From contig JAWACY010000001.1 of the NCBI GenBank assembly GCA_038896535.1, forward strand, positions 96,001 to 160,000: a DNA stretch of 64,000 nt. The letters are read 5' to 3'. Below are positions 19,969-31,100 of this stretch, piece after piece. The notes beneath the pieces are model-generated. The model saw only the letters and a list, made by a program, of their open reading frames with translations. It ran no database searches and was not told where the DNA came from. The stretch comes from Candidatus Anstonellales archaeon (lineage in GTDB: Archaea > Micrarchaeota > Micrarchaeia > Anstonellales > J096). Each line of letters begins with the position of its first letter. The stretch's first letter is position 1. The translations under genes were made by a program, and so were the position numbers.

Positions 19969-21510
19969 TTATTCATTAAATATTATGCCAGCAGTAAGTG
20001 GATTATTTATATTCAGCATTTCATTTATTTCCGGGCTTATTTCCCCAACAATAGCAGCATAGCTGCCTAATTTGAACCAGGCAAATCTGCCTTTTATGAA
20101 TAATGTTTCTAACCAGTTATTTTTATTTTCAATTTTTACAATATTTAACCCAAGCTTTTTTGCAAATGTTTTTATCACAGCAATTGCTCTGTTTATATCA
20201 GCTTCTTCATCAGCGATCATGAATGCTATCTCATCAATTTCTTTATTATCTCTATAAACCTTGCCTATCTCGAATATTTTATGCTCCAGCTTTTTCATCT
20301 TATTCCTTTCTTCAACAAAAAAGAGATTAAACAATAGCGTTGCTCTTAAACTGTCATGCTCTTTACTAACAGGCTCAAGCACTTTTATGCAGTTTTTATA
20401 AAATTTAGATTGCAAATCAGAGGGAATAAGGAAAAATCCTATTACTTCGTTAAACCCCATATTAAGAAAAATAGCTCTTTCATTTTGCATCGATTTTTCA
20501 AGCTCACCTGTTTGGTATATATTAGCATTCAAAGGTTCTAGGTTTTCATAGCCATAATTTATTATTATTTCTTCTGCAATATCTGTTATGTCCTTTATAT
20601 CAATCCTATAACAAGGCACATAGCACTTTTTGCCTTTCATTATAATGTTGCTCCTTTCTAGAAGCCCTCTTATGTCTTCTTTATTTAATTCGATACCTAT
20701 TATTTTATTTACTTCATTTACCTCAATATCAATATGTTGCCTTTCCATTCTATTTATTGAATTGTTTATTACAAATGATTTTATTTCTGCCCCTCTATCA
20801 GCAAAGGCACATGCAAGAACATTAAAGCAGTTAATTATTGCATTTTCATCATTCCCAGTTATTTCAACAAGAAAGCTATCTGTTTTTTCAGATATTTTTG
20901 TTCTCTCGCTGTTTATTATTGGAGGCATTGATATAACGCCTTCCTTGTCCATAACAAAAGGCCAAGGCCTTTTAATTAAATGGCCATACATTTTTCCTTT
21001 TTCATGCTTGTTTATTACTTCTTCTGCATGCATTTCTTTTTCATGGCCTAGAGGAATAAACATTGCCTCGTTAAGTTCTTGGTAATAAATGGGGGGCTTT
21101 ATTTTTTTTAAGTCATGAATTCCTATAGCCAGTTTTTTTCTTTTTCTGCCATATGTGTCATGTATTTTTTCCTGCGCGTTTATCAAACTTTCTAATAAAA
21201 ATTCCTTATCCTTAACTAATTTTGCAATGAATCCATTTATATAAGGCCTTTGAACAACATTTTTTATATAAATGACTGGCCCTTTTTTTGCTTTGTACTC
21301 ATAAGCCCTTGAATAGAAGTATGAATTTAATGTCCTTATTATTCCCTCAATCGTATGCATGTCAAGCCTATTTGGTGTTACTTCAACATCTAAATAATTG
21401 TCTCTTTCTTCATTTGGAAATCCAAGTTTATTCAAAACTTGCTTTATTTCTTCAATGCTTTTTTTTGTTTTCTCTTCAGCATATGTTATTGGTAATGGGA
21501 TAACTGCCAT
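19969..21510 (-). CDS. pheT: Phenylalanyl-tRNA synthetase beta subunit
   Basis: EVTPNRLD, QEKIH..GRKRKKLAIGIHD, SMPPIINS, RIDI..DIAEE. Confidence 0.93.
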   Translation of the reverse strand: MAVIPLPITYAEEKTKKSIEEIKQVLNKLGFPNEERDNYLDVEVTPNRLDMHTIEGIIRTLNSYFYSRAYEYKAKKGPVIYIKNVVQRPYINGFIAKLVKDKEFLLESLINAQEKIHDTYGRKRKKLAIGIHDLKKIKPPIYYQELNEAMFIPLGHEKEMHAEEVINKHEKGKMYGHLIKRPWPFVMDKEGVISMPPIINSERTKISEKTDSFLVEITGNDENAIINCFNVLACAFADRGAEIKSFVINNSINRMERQHIDIEVNEVNKIIGIELNKEDIRGLLERSNIIMKGKKCYVPCYRIDIKDITDIAEEIIINYGYENLEPLNANIYQTGELEKSMQNERAIFLNMGFNEVIGFFLIPSDLQSKFYKNCIKVLEPVSKEHDSLRATLLFNLFFVEERNKMKKLEHKIFEIGKVYRDNKEIDEIAFMIADEEADINRAIAVIKTFAKKLGLNIVKIENKNNWLETLFIKGRFAWFKLGSYAAIVGEISPEINEMLNINNPLTAGIIFNE

Positions 21511-21534
21511 TTATAGTTTTATGTGTAAATTTTA

Positions 21535-22851
21535 TTAAACATTATTGTTTTGTAATTGATATAATGAATCAATTTTGTCTTTTATTTCTTTTATAAAATC
21601 ATTGAAGCATGTTTCTGGTATTTCTGCTCCTCCAGCGCATTCATGCCCTCCAGCACTTGAATTATCAAAATATTTACACGTCTGTTTTAATATGTTATTT
21701 ACATTCATGTTTCTTGCCCTTAAACTTATTTTTATTCTCCCTCCTTTTTTGCTTATGCCTATAGTTGGCTTCTTATATTTCTCCATGATTTTATTGCACA
21801 CTATGCCTATTATGCCATGATAAATATTTTTTCTTCCATCTATTATTATGATATTACCAATGTCATTTGCAATGCTATCAGCTATTTTATATGCTTCATT
21901 TATTTTTTTCTTGTGGAATGTTGCCTGCTTTTGTATTTCCTTTATAGCCTGCTCATCATTAAAACATGCCTTTATGCCAAGCCAGCATTTTTTCCATCTG
22001 CCAGCAGCATTGAGTAATGTAGAAAAATCTGTTATTGTCATGCCCAAATTTTTTATTATATAAGAATCCCCTATAAACCTTTTTACGTTCTCCTCATCTT
22101 CTGTATAAAAAGCAAGGTCAAGGATTTTTTTTATTACACATTTTCTTTTCATCTCATCAAGAGCATTGAATGATTGCCATGCATTAACATTGCAAGTTTT
22201 TAAGAAATACTTTATTGCTGTTTCATTTTTGAAAACTTTTAAACCAGAATATTTTAATGCATATATCAATGGAACATTAGCCATTCTTAAAAAAGATATC
22301 TTTTTTTCATATATCCCTTCTTTTGTTATTAAATCGGCAATAGCTCTATTAATGTTTGTAAATGGCATTTGCATATCTCCAGCAGAGCCAACAAGGGACA
22401 TGCTGCTTAGTTCATTAAAAACTATATATGTTAATGAGGAAGTTGAACAAAACTTGCTTCCATCCAAGCCAAAATGCCATGGATTTAATATTGGCTTATC
22501 TAATTCTTCTGGTATGTGGTGATCTATTATTATTGCATTTTTTAACTCATTAACGATACTGCAAGAACCAAAATCAAGCATTATTATTTCATTCTCGTTT
22601 TTTATTAAGTCCAATCCATCAATTATGCTATCAAGCATTAATAGCCTTGGCTTTTTTCCTTGTTTTTTTAATGCCTTATAACATATTGCAGCAGATGATA
22701 TGCCATCAGCATCATAATGAAATACTATTAACGGCCTTTCCATTTGATAAGCAAGTTCTTTTATTTCGCTTGCTTTTTTATACATGTTAATTAATCTTTG
22801 GTCTTTGCATATGCTTTCTATATCTTCTATGGGGGTTTGCACGCATTGCAC
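21535..22851 (-). CDS. RecJ-like DHH phosphoesterase (GAN/HAN-like)
   Basis: HYDADG, LDFG, IDHH, ISLR, GGH.AGG. Confidence 0.88.
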   Translation of the reverse strand: MQCVQTPIEDIESICKDQRLINMYKKASEIKELAYQMERPLIVFHYDADGISSAAICYKALKKQGKKPRLLMLDSIIDGLDLIKNENEIIMLDFGSCSIVNELKNAIIIDHHIPEELDKPILNPWHFGLDGSKFCSTSSLTYIVFNELSSMSLVGSAGDMQMPFTNINRAIADLITKEGIYEKKISFLRMANVPLIYALKYSGLKVFKNETAIKYFLKTCNVNAWQSFNALDEMKRKCVIKKILDLAFYTEDEENVKRFIGDSYIIKNLGMTITDFSTLLNAAGRWKKCWLGIKACFNDEQAIKEIQKQATFHKKKINEAYKIADSIANDIGNIIIIDGRKNIYHGIIGIVCNKIMEKYKKPTIGISKKGGRIKISLRARNMNVNNILKQTCKYFDNSSAGGHECAGGAEIPETCFNDFIKEIKDKIDSLYQLQNNNV

Positions 22852-22915
22852 GCATAATTAATAGCTATATAATTTAAAAATATTACGACTAAACAACCAA
22901 AATTTAAAGCAACCT

Positions 22916-23818
22916 CTAAAACAAACCTGCTTTTTTCAACAGCAAGGGAAGCGCTAATGATGCCTCAGCATGTATATCAATATGCTTAGCCTTATCTTTT
23001 AACTTACCCCAGCTTATTGCTTCATTACTTCTTGCCCCGCTCAAAGAACCATCAAATTCAGTAGCTGTTGTTATATATATAGCATAATCTAACCCTCCTC
23101 TAACAATATTTATACCTATAACATGATGCTTACTTACTCCCCCTCCAATAATAAGGGCTCCAGTTTTTTCAGCATTTAATACAATATTGGCAAGTTTATT
23201 CATATCATCTCTCATTGCTATATCAAAATCCCTTTTTTGCTGCATAAAAAAATAGAGCTGCAGGCCTATAGCCCCATCTGTTATTGCTGGGCAGAATACT
23301 GGAATATTATTTTTATATGCCCAATAAAGAAAAGACTTTCTCTTATCTTTTCCATTTTTATCTATATACTGCCCGAATGCCTTTGCAATATCAGTTGGAT
23401 TAGCTTTGTTATTCAAATTTTTAAATACATCTTTGCATATTTGCTCAAGCTTTACATATCTATCATTTTTTACAAGTATGTTGCCTATTCTATTAATTCC
23501 TTTTTTATGCAGGGCAGCATCATTTTCATAAAAGCTCCCGATTTCATAACCTATAAATGATTTTATTACATCATGGTCAATTGCTCCTGCTGTTGTTATT
23601 ATTGCATGCACAACGCCTTTTTCAACAATTTTTGCTATTGCTCCTCTAAGACCAGATGCTATTAGATTTCCTGTAAAAGAAAAGAATATGCGTGCTTTCT
23701 TATCTGATATCATGTCTTTTAATATGCTTGCTCCTCTTGCTATTTGTGTTGATTGAAAGCCAATTGAATCTAAATTTTTTATATATTCATCAAAGTCTGA
23801 TGCATCATAAATTGGCAT
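22916..23818 (-). CDS. dys: Deoxyhypusine synthase
   Basis: GINRIGN, PAITDGAIG, GGGVSKHH, DGSLSGA..EAISWGK. Confidence 0.95.
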   Translation of the reverse strand: MPIYDASDFDEYIKNLDSIGFQSTQIARGASILKDMISDKKARIFFSFTGNLIASGLRGAIAKIVEKGVVHAIITTAGAIDHDVIKSFIGYEIGSFYENDAALHKKGINRIGNILVKNDRYVKLEQICKDVFKNLNNKANPTDIAKAFGQYIDKNGKDKRKSFLYWAYKNNIPVFCPAITDGAIGLQLYFFMQQKRDFDIAMRDDMNKLANIVLNAEKTGALIIGGGVSKHHVIGINIVRGGLDYAIYITTATEFDGSLSGARSNEAISWGKLKDKAKHIDIHAEASLALPLLLKKAGLF

Positions 23819-23865
23819 TATATATTTTTAGCTTATTTTTTTAAAACCTCTGTTTAAATTCATTT

Positions 23866-24351
23866 ATGGAAAACCCATATGCAAAAAAGACTGAGGAAGC
23901 AATAGAAAAAGGGGGGTTGCTCGCACAATTATATTTTGACTTGCATGCTAGGTCAAAGGAAAGCTTGGAAAATCTTGGTGTTGGATTTTCATCAACGCTT
24001 GGTAAAGAAGAGGGAGTAATATTTGCTATAACTGAAGTAGAAAAACCGATAGAAAATGAGGATAAAAGTTATTCAACGTACATAAGGGCAACCTTGCTTT
24101 TTTCTGATTTTCCGGCATTATGTAAAATGTTAACAAAATACAATCCAGTAAGTATTGAAATAATAAAGCCAGAACAATTAAAATTAAAAAACATTGATCT
24201 GATGGAGGGGTTAATGGCATTCTCGGAGACGCTTTATAACTTGAAATTTAAACTTTATAAAGACAACCTATCAGAAAAAGAAAAGGCATTTATAGAAAGC
24301 ATAATAAAAGCAAGAGAGGAGATGGGAAAAAAATTAAGAAAGGGGCAATGA
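23866..24351 (+). CDS. Hypothetical protein
   Basis: 161-aa ORF with host-like codon usage, in an operon with a KaiC-like ATPase. Confidence 0.65.
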   Translation: MENPYAKKTEEAIEKGGLLAQLYFDLHARSKESLENLGVGFSSTLGKEEGVIFAITEVEKPIENEDKSYSTYIRATLLFSDFPALCKMLTKYNPVSIEIIKPEQLKLKNIDLMEGLMAFSETLYNLKFKLYKDNLSEKEKAFIESIIKAREEMGKKLRKGQ

Positions 24352-24355
24352 TAGA

Positions 24356-25021
24356 ATGGAATTAAAAGTTGGCATACCAAAGCTTGAAAAAGCATTGGGC
24401 GGTGGTTTTAACTATAATGATGTCGTTGCAATTACAGGCCCTACTGGAGTTGGTAAGTCAACACTAGCAATGCAATTATTGATAAATGGCATAAAAACTG
24501 GAGATAGGGGCATGTACATAATAATGGAGTTTGACAAAGCATATTTTTACAAAACATTTGAAAACTATATATGGAACATTCAAGATTATGAAGAGCTTGG
24601 AACTTTATTTATTGTTGATTACCCGCCAACAGAGATATCACATTTTATTGGGCAAGGAAATCCTCTGAAAGAAATTATAAGAAAATATGATATAAAAAGA
24701 GTAGTTATTGATTCAATATTGCCAATAGCCCTCTCAGCAACAAATGAAAGAGAAATGAGATTAAATTTAATAACAGCAGTTGATAAAATAAAAGATTGGG
24801 GGGTATTAACATTTATTATAGGCGAAAGCCCATGGAGTAAAAATAGTGAATTCCCATCCAGTTATTCAAAAATTGAATCATACGTTGATGGGTGGATAGC
24901 TATGAATTACAACATAAATGAAGAATGGGAAAGGCAACTTCTTGTAATAAAATCAAGAAAAAAACACGAGATAAAACCAATAAAATTCAGCATAGACAAG
25001 ACTGGCATTGTTTTTGAATAA
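24356..25021 (+). CDS. KaiC/RAD55-like RecA-superfamily ATPase
   Basis: GIPKLEKALGGG, GPTGVGKST, RVVIDS, R.L.VIKSR. Confidence 0.88.
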   Translation: MELKVGIPKLEKALGGGFNYNDVVAITGPTGVGKSTLAMQLLINGIKTGDRGMYIIMEFDKAYFYKTFENYIWNIQDYEELGTLFIVDYPPTEISHFIGQGNPLKEIIRKYDIKRVVIDSILPIALSATNEREMRLNLITAVDKIKDWGVLTFIIGESPWSKNSEFPSSYSKIESYVDGWIAMNYNINEEWERQLLVIKSRKKHEIKPIKFSIDKTGIVFE

Positions 25022-25024
25022 TTC

Positions 25025-25579
25025 TTAGCTTTTGAACTTCTTTAATGTTCTTTCTGCCCTGCCTAGGGCTGTTTCAATTTCATCTTTATTTCTAGCTCCG
25101 GCAACAATCAACTTGCCATTTTTGAATATTAATATTGATATATTTGGGTCTCTGAGCTTCAATATTGCTCCTGGGAATTGTTCTGGCTCATATTCGACAT
25201 CTGCGCTTATGTCCATGGCTATCTTAAATAAATCAAGCTCAAACCCTATATCAGCTGATGCAACCATGTTTGTTATTTCATATTTTGGTTTTTTTGTATC
25301 CAGCCTTTTGAATATCCTTGTTGCTGCTGGCAGAAGCATTTTATATGCCTTTATTATTGCTTCCTCTATTGTTTTTTTGTCTTTACAGCCTACAACAACA
25401 ATTTTGCCATTCTTGAATATAAGCAATGTAGCCTTTGGTTGGTTGAATTTTAATATTGCTCCTGGGAATTGTTCTGGCTCATATTCGACATTTCTAAATT
25501 TAGCAGGAAGCCTATACAGATCGAGCTCAATGCCAAGGTCAGAAGCTGCTACAAGATTTGTTATTTTATACTGCACCAT
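25025..25579 (-). CDS. tbp: TATA-box binding protein
   Basis: Two repeats of EYEPEQFPGAI and LIFKNGK. Confidence 0.97.
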   Translation of the reverse strand: MVQYKITNLVAASDLGIELDLYRLPAKFRNVEYEPEQFPGAILKFNQPKATLLIFKNGKIVVVGCKDKKTIEEAIIKAYKMLLPAATRIFKRLDTKKPKYEITNMVASADIGFELDLFKIAMDISADVEYEPEQFPGAILKLRDPNISILIFKNGKLIVAGARNKDEIETALGRAERTLKKFKS

Positions 25580-25650
25580 GATCTCACCTTTTTAAATATT
25601 ATGTATTATTGCTTAAAAAACTATTGTTTTTAAATATATATGGTGAGCTT

Positions 25651-25926
25651 ATGAAAAGACCAAAAGGATATTTAAGTAAAGCAACAAGAAGGATAAAAAG
25701 CAAGGGCAGGATAAAAGTAACTGAGCACATAAAAACATTTAACAAAGGAGATAAGGTAGTGATAGTACAAAAGCCATATTACAAAGGGGCTTTACCACAT
25801 ATTAGATATAAAAACAAGGTCGGCACTATTCTAGAGAAAAGAGGAAGCAGCTATGTAGTAATGATAAAGGATGGCAAAAAAGAAAAGAAGATCATATCCC
25901 ACCCAGTTCATTTGAAAAAGGCTTAA
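25651..25926 (+). CDS. rpl21e: 50S ribosomal protein L21e
   Basis: F.KGDKV, PHIRY, DG.KEK.II.HPVHLK; GGTGA SD before ATG 25651. Confidence 0.93.
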   Translation: MKRPKGYLSKATRRIKSKGRIKVTEHIKTFNKGDKVVIVQKPYYKGALPHIRYKNKVGTILEKRGSSYVVMIKDGKKEKKIISHPVHLKKA

Positions 25927-25938
25927 TCTGGTGATAAA

Positions 25939-26253
25939 ATGGTAAAGGAGATAAAACCAGTAAGTGAGTTATTTGTAAAAGAACTTCTTGAAAAAAAAGC
26001 AAAAAAATATGGGGAAGAAAGCTTAACACATAATGAACAGCTTGTTTTAGCACATGCAAAGGCAATAGAAAAAATAGGGGCAACTGGGAAATTGGAGAAA
26101 GAACTAAAAAAAGTTTTGCCTGAAGAAGTTGCAATAAAAGTGCTTGATACAATGCCAAAGCATATTGATACTCTTAGGGCAATATTACTCAGCTATGGTA
26201 TAACAGATGAAAACAAGATAAATGAAGTTATGGAATTGCTGAAGGGCGGGTGA
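25939..26253 (+). CDS. rpoF: RNA polymerase subunit F (Rpo4)
   Basis: AIKVLDTMP...LRAIL motif; conserved rpl21e-rpoF-DUF655 order. Confidence 0.8.
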   Translation: MVKEIKPVSELFVKELLEKKAKKYGEESLTHNEQLVLAHAKAIEKIGATGKLEKELKKVLPEEVAIKVLDTMPKHIDTLRAILLSYGITDENKINEVMELLKGG

Positions 26254-26254
26254 A

Positions 26255-26794
26255 ATGGAAGATTACATATACATATTAGATGCAATACCATATGGAAGTA
26301 AATACAAAGGCCAAGCATATGGCATAGGCATCGGAGAAAAATTTTTTGTTTTGCTTGAGGTAACATTCAAAAAAGATAAACAGCTTCCAAACATAGGGCA
26401 AAGAGTTTATGTTGGAAAAGAGATAAATAAAAGGGATGTTGTAGATAAAATAAAAAGAAGAATATCATATCAAGAACTAACTACAACTGCTAAGGAGAAT
26501 TTACAATCAGTTTTAAAGAAAATTGTTGAATCCCAGCAAGATAGGTTTGTGTCATTTATAAATACTGCTGGGCCATTATCTGTAAGGATACATCAGCTTG
26601 AGCAACTGCCTGGCATAGGAAAAAAGAACTTAGAGCAGATAATTGCAGAGAGAGAAAAAGAGGCATTTAAAGATTTTGCTGATATAAAAAAAAGAGTTAC
26701 AACATGGCAGGACCCAATCTTAAGTATTGTCCTAAGAATCATTGAAGAGATTGAAGGAAAACATAGGCACAATTTCTTTGTAAAGCCAATTTAA
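26255..26794 (+). CDS. DUF655 family protein (HhH nucleic-acid binding)
   Basis: GEKFFVLLE, FINTAGP, HQLEQLPGIGKK. Confidence 0.9.
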   Translation: MEDYIYILDAIPYGSKYKGQAYGIGIGEKFFVLLEVTFKKDKQLPNIGQRVYVGKEINKRDVVDKIKRRISYQELTTTAKENLQSVLKKIVESQQDRFVSFINTAGPLSVRIHQLEQLPGIGKKNLEQIIAEREKEAFKDFADIKKRVTTWQDPILSIVLRIIEEIEGKHRHNFFVKPI

Positions 26795-26804
26795 GGGTGG
26801 AAAG

Positions 26805-27923
26805 ATGGATAAAGAAAAACTGGACAAGCTTGTTGCCTTAACATTCGATGAAGACCCAAAAATAAGAAAAAAAGCTTTAAGAGAACTTGCAAAAGTAAAT
26901 GATGCTGCTGCATTGATAGCAATAGCTGAACTTGCATATGATAAAGATAAAAGCGTTCAAGAAGAAGCAAAACGCATATTGGAAGAAAGAAAAAAAACAC
27001 TTCCCCATAAACAATTGCCATTGAATGAGTTATTTGAGGGGGTAAGCTTCTCTGGTGGCCAGGAAAGCAAGAAAAAAGATGAAGAAAAAGCAGAAAAACA
27101 AGCAAGTGAACCAAGAATTATTGAACCAATAAAAAACATATTCCTGCAAAAATATAAAGATGAGAAAAAGGCAACAAAGGCACTGGAACAATTTATATCA
27201 AATATAAAAAGGGAGAAAGAGCCAACAGCACAGAATGTTTTGACTGCTTATATTGAAACAAGGGCATTTGAAAGTAAAGAGGATACAAATAACGTTATAA
27301 AAGAATTAATAGAAGAGAAAGCTGGGGAAAAGAATAAAGAGGGCATAGATATAGAGGTTATAGGGCACGATGTAAAAACAGAAAATATACAAAAAGAGGC
27401 TCAAGAAGTTGAAGATGACTATTTATTCAAAGAAGAAAAGAAAATGATAGAGGATTTATCTGCTTATCCACCGACGCCGTTTAAAATAGCATATGATGAG
27501 CTGATGGCTCTTAATGGTGATGAGAAATTAATGAAAAAGCAAGCAGATATGCTTGTTAATGTTTTTAAAAAACAAGTTGAACTTGCTTATAAAATTGTAA
27601 AGAAAAGGTTTAAGCAAATAAAATTAACAGATATCTCAGAAATCAAAGATGGCATGAAAGGCATAACAACAGATTTACTTGAAGTAATTGAAGTAAAACA
27701 CTTATCATATAAAGATGGAAAAAAAGAAAAATTGTTTACAAGGGTCATGTTAAGAGATGCTAATGGAAAGGAAGGCATATTATACCTTTTTGATGGCAGA
27801 GGCCAGTTTTTAAAACCTGGAATGAAAATATCACTAGAAAAGGCAAAAGCAAAAACATTCAAATTCTCAAATGAAACTGCATTAACTCTTGATAAAAGAG
27901 GCAGGGCTTATATACATATATAA
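26805..27923 (+). CDS. Hypothetical protein with N-terminal HEAT-like repeats and a C-terminal OB-fold-like domain
   Basis: DEDPKIRKKALREL and DKDKSVQEEA repeats; C-terminal ISEIKDG...RVMLRD..G...LKPGM.I. Confidence 0.6.
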   Translation: MDKEKLDKLVALTFDEDPKIRKKALRELAKVNDAAALIAIAELAYDKDKSVQEEAKRILEERKKTLPHKQLPLNELFEGVSFSGGQESKKKDEEKAEKQASEPRIIEPIKNIFLQKYKDEKKATKALEQFISNIKREKEPTAQNVLTAYIETRAFESKEDTNNVIKELIEEKAGEKNKEGIDIEVIGHDVKTENIQKEAQEVEDDYLFKEEKKMIEDLSAYPPTPFKIAYDELMALNGDEKLMKKQADMLVNVFKKQVELAYKIVKKRFKQIKLTDISEIKDGMKGITTDLLEVIEVKHLSYKDGKKEKLFTRVMLRDANGKEGILYLFDGRGQFLKPGMKISLEKAKAKTFKFSNETALTLDKRGRAYIHI

Positions 27924-27959
27924 ATAAAAAGGTAAAATGGAAAAATAGAAAAATAGAAA

Positions 27960-28034
27960 GGGCTCGTAGCTCAGCTTGGATAGAGCGGCTGCCTTCTAAG
28001 CAGTAGGTCGAGGGTTCAAATCCCTCCGAGCCCG
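27960..28034 (+). tRNA. tRNA-Arg (TCT)
   Basis: GGGCTCG/CGAGCCC acceptor, GCTGC-CT-TCT-AA-GCAGT, GGGTTCAAATCCC. Confidence 0.95.
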
Positions 28035-28037
28035 TAG

Positions 28038-28075
28038 GTAAGAAGGCGCTAACCCTATTATACATGCCTTCTTAC
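28038..28075 (+). repeat. Single palindromic unit of the tRNA-linked repeat family
   Basis: GTAAGAAGGC GCTAACCCTATTATACAT GCCTTCTTAC, 3 nt after tRNA-Arg. Confidence 0.95.
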
Positions 28076-28140
28076 AGTTAAAGATCTGAAATTTTATTTT
28101 TTATCAGCAAATTTAAAAAATTTTTTGCTTTAAAAAATTT

Positions 28141-31100
28141 ATGCGGAGAAATGTAAATGTCATTTTTCTTGTTTTTTTATATTTTATATATACCAGTATG
28201 GCTATAACAGTATATGTAAATAACACTCCAATAAGCGGATGTTATCCAGATGGATCTATAAATTATTCTAATATTACTGATGCAATAAATGCAGTAAGTG
28301 ATGGCGATACAATAATTGTTTGTAAAACTTCAAGCACATATGTAGAAGACATAATTATCAATAAATCAATTAATATGTTCGGTAATGAGTCCTATGTCTC
28401 ATTAAATCCATTAACAACAACTGGACAAGCATTCACTATAAAAATAAATGCAAATTACGTTAACATTTCCAATTTCAGCATAATAGGCAATGGGATGGAC
28501 GATTATGGAGGCATAGATGTAAATGGCTTTAATAACACAAAAATATCAAATAATTATTTTTCACAGCTGTGTGAGCCAGCTGTATTAGTTAGTGGGAGTT
28601 ACAATCTTTTGATAAATAACATAGCAAATAAAACTCAATGTGGTAATATTGCATCTGTATGCTCATCTTTAACCTATTACGACGGCACCTATTACACGCC
28701 AGTAGCTTTTTGTTTCTCTCCATTTGGTTTTAATAACAGTGCTATAAATAATACGGCATTGGAATGGCCAACTGGTTTTATCTTTTATAGTAATAATTCC
28801 AATCCAAACACTTACTATGAAGTTATAAATAACACTGCAAAAAATAACGGAATTGGTTTTTTATTTAATGAAAACAACAATGTATTTTTAGCAAAAAATC
28901 TTCGTGCATATAATAACACAATTGGTTTTGTTAGGCAGGGATCAAGCGTTGTTTATATAAATGACTCAGAGTCAATAAATAACAGCAAATATGATTTAAT
29001 ATATGGCGGTGGCTGGAATAACCTCAACTTAGGCGATTTCATCATCGATATAGAATACTCTAGTAATCTTGGTTTTAAAGCATTAAAAAATCTCTCAACT
29101 TTACCAAATGATGTAACACCAATTTATTTATTAAATACCACTGTTCTTGGTTTTACACAATCTGGGAAATTTTATTTCAGAATTAATGATAGTTATATAC
29201 AAACATTTAATTTGAGTTATGATGATCTAGTGCTTGCTTATACGAACAACACAGAACTTTTACTTTATCCTGCCTTTGCAATATATAATGATTCATTAAA
29301 AACAATTGGTGCTAATATCAACAATCTTGGCAACACTACATTTGCGGTGATTGGCCCTGGAAGTAATGCAACAACCATTTATGTTAATAATACAGTCCAA
29401 ACGAATAATTGCCCGCCAGATGGAGCAGTTAACTATGCAAAAATAGAAGATGCTATTTTAAGGCTCTTCCCTGGAAGGTCATTGATAATATGCAATGGTG
29501 GTTCAAATTATAATATATCAAATTCTATTTCAATACAAAAATTAGCAAAAGTCAACATTGCTGGTGTAGACAATAATGTAACAATAACAAATAGCAGCAA
29601 TACATTATTCCTCAATATATTTAACTCAAATTTATCAAATTTAACATTTATTGGCAATCCATACGCCTTCTTTATAGGAGCAATAAACTCTAACATATCT
29701 AATATAAAATCTTTAAATGGTAATGGCATTATTGGCGGGCGCAATGTTACTCTAAGAAATTACTATTCATTCAATAATACATGGGGCTTAGCAATTTTAA
29801 CAGGTTTTTTCTCACCGATTCAACCGCCAGGTTATAACGTAACAATAATAAATGCAACAATACTTAACAGTTCACAATTCCCCTTTGTTGCTGCCTTAAC
29901 TTCTAATGTAACACTAATTAATTCAACTATATTTAATTACTGGGCTTATAATAACCCTATTGTTATCACCAATAACATTGCAACAACAACTATTAATACA
30001 TCAGTAAGGTTTGTTAATGTCACGTTTGGCCCTCCTGATGGCAGTTTAGATGGCAGAACAACAATTAACTTTAAATTATCTTTAAATGATTCTGCTCCAA
30101 ATAATGCTTTCTTAGGTTGGGTTAATGTATCAGACCTGCCATTCTTCCCAAATAATGGTAGCATCAATAATTCATTTAACAAAAAAATAATTTTACTTGC
30201 TTCTAACTCAACTGTTGAAGAATTTAAATTAGTTTGGACAGATAATGAAACACAGAGCCTACAAAATGAGAGTTTAATACAACTATGGAAATTTAACAAT
30301 ACAGACTGGGTATTAGAGAATGATACCCCTGATACTGCAAATAATGAAATAGGGCTTTCAAATTTCACTCCTGGGAGTATATATGGGCTGTTCTATTTTG
30401 GTGGTTTTGGCTCACCTCCGCCTCCACCTCCTCCACCAATAACGCCCCCTTCTGGCGGTGGAGAAAGAAAATTATCAATATCAACAGATTTTATTTGCCC
30501 TGATAATGTTCTTTCAGTAACAGTTAGCGATAGAGATAATGGAGATTTAATTGAAAATGCTAGAGTTGTAGTATCAAAAAGCGATTTATCATATGTTGAA
30601 GCTAAAAGGACAAATGAAAATGGAAAAGCATTATTTAATATTCCATCAAATGGAAGTTACACAATAGAAGCTAGTAAATCAGGTTATCAAAGAAAAGACA
30701 TATCAGAGCAAATAACATTGTGCGAGATAAAAAATGAAACAAAAAATGAGACTAAAAATGAAACAAAACCCAAAGAAAGAATAGAAGAAATAATAGTAGA
30801 AAAACCGCAGGAAAATAGATTGATAATAAATGCCCCTGATGAAGCTTTTGTAGGGGATAATATAACAATAACAGCAAGATATGAAAATGGAGAAATAGCG
30901 AGTAATGTTAAAATTACTGTATTAACACAAAATCAAACATTTGAATTAATAACAGATAGAGATGGATTTGCTTATATAACACCATTATGGGCAGGATTCT
31001 ATGTTTACACATCAAATGTTCCAATAGCAAAATCAAAGGCAACAATAGTAAGGGAGAGAGAAGTAAAAGAATATAGGTTAGAAGTTCCTTTAACAATTAG

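Noticed and set aside
28038..28075. Ordinary intrinsic terminator
   Set aside because: 18-nt loop, no adjacent U tract, and tandem multiplication elsewhere; a role in 3' end formation is not excluded.
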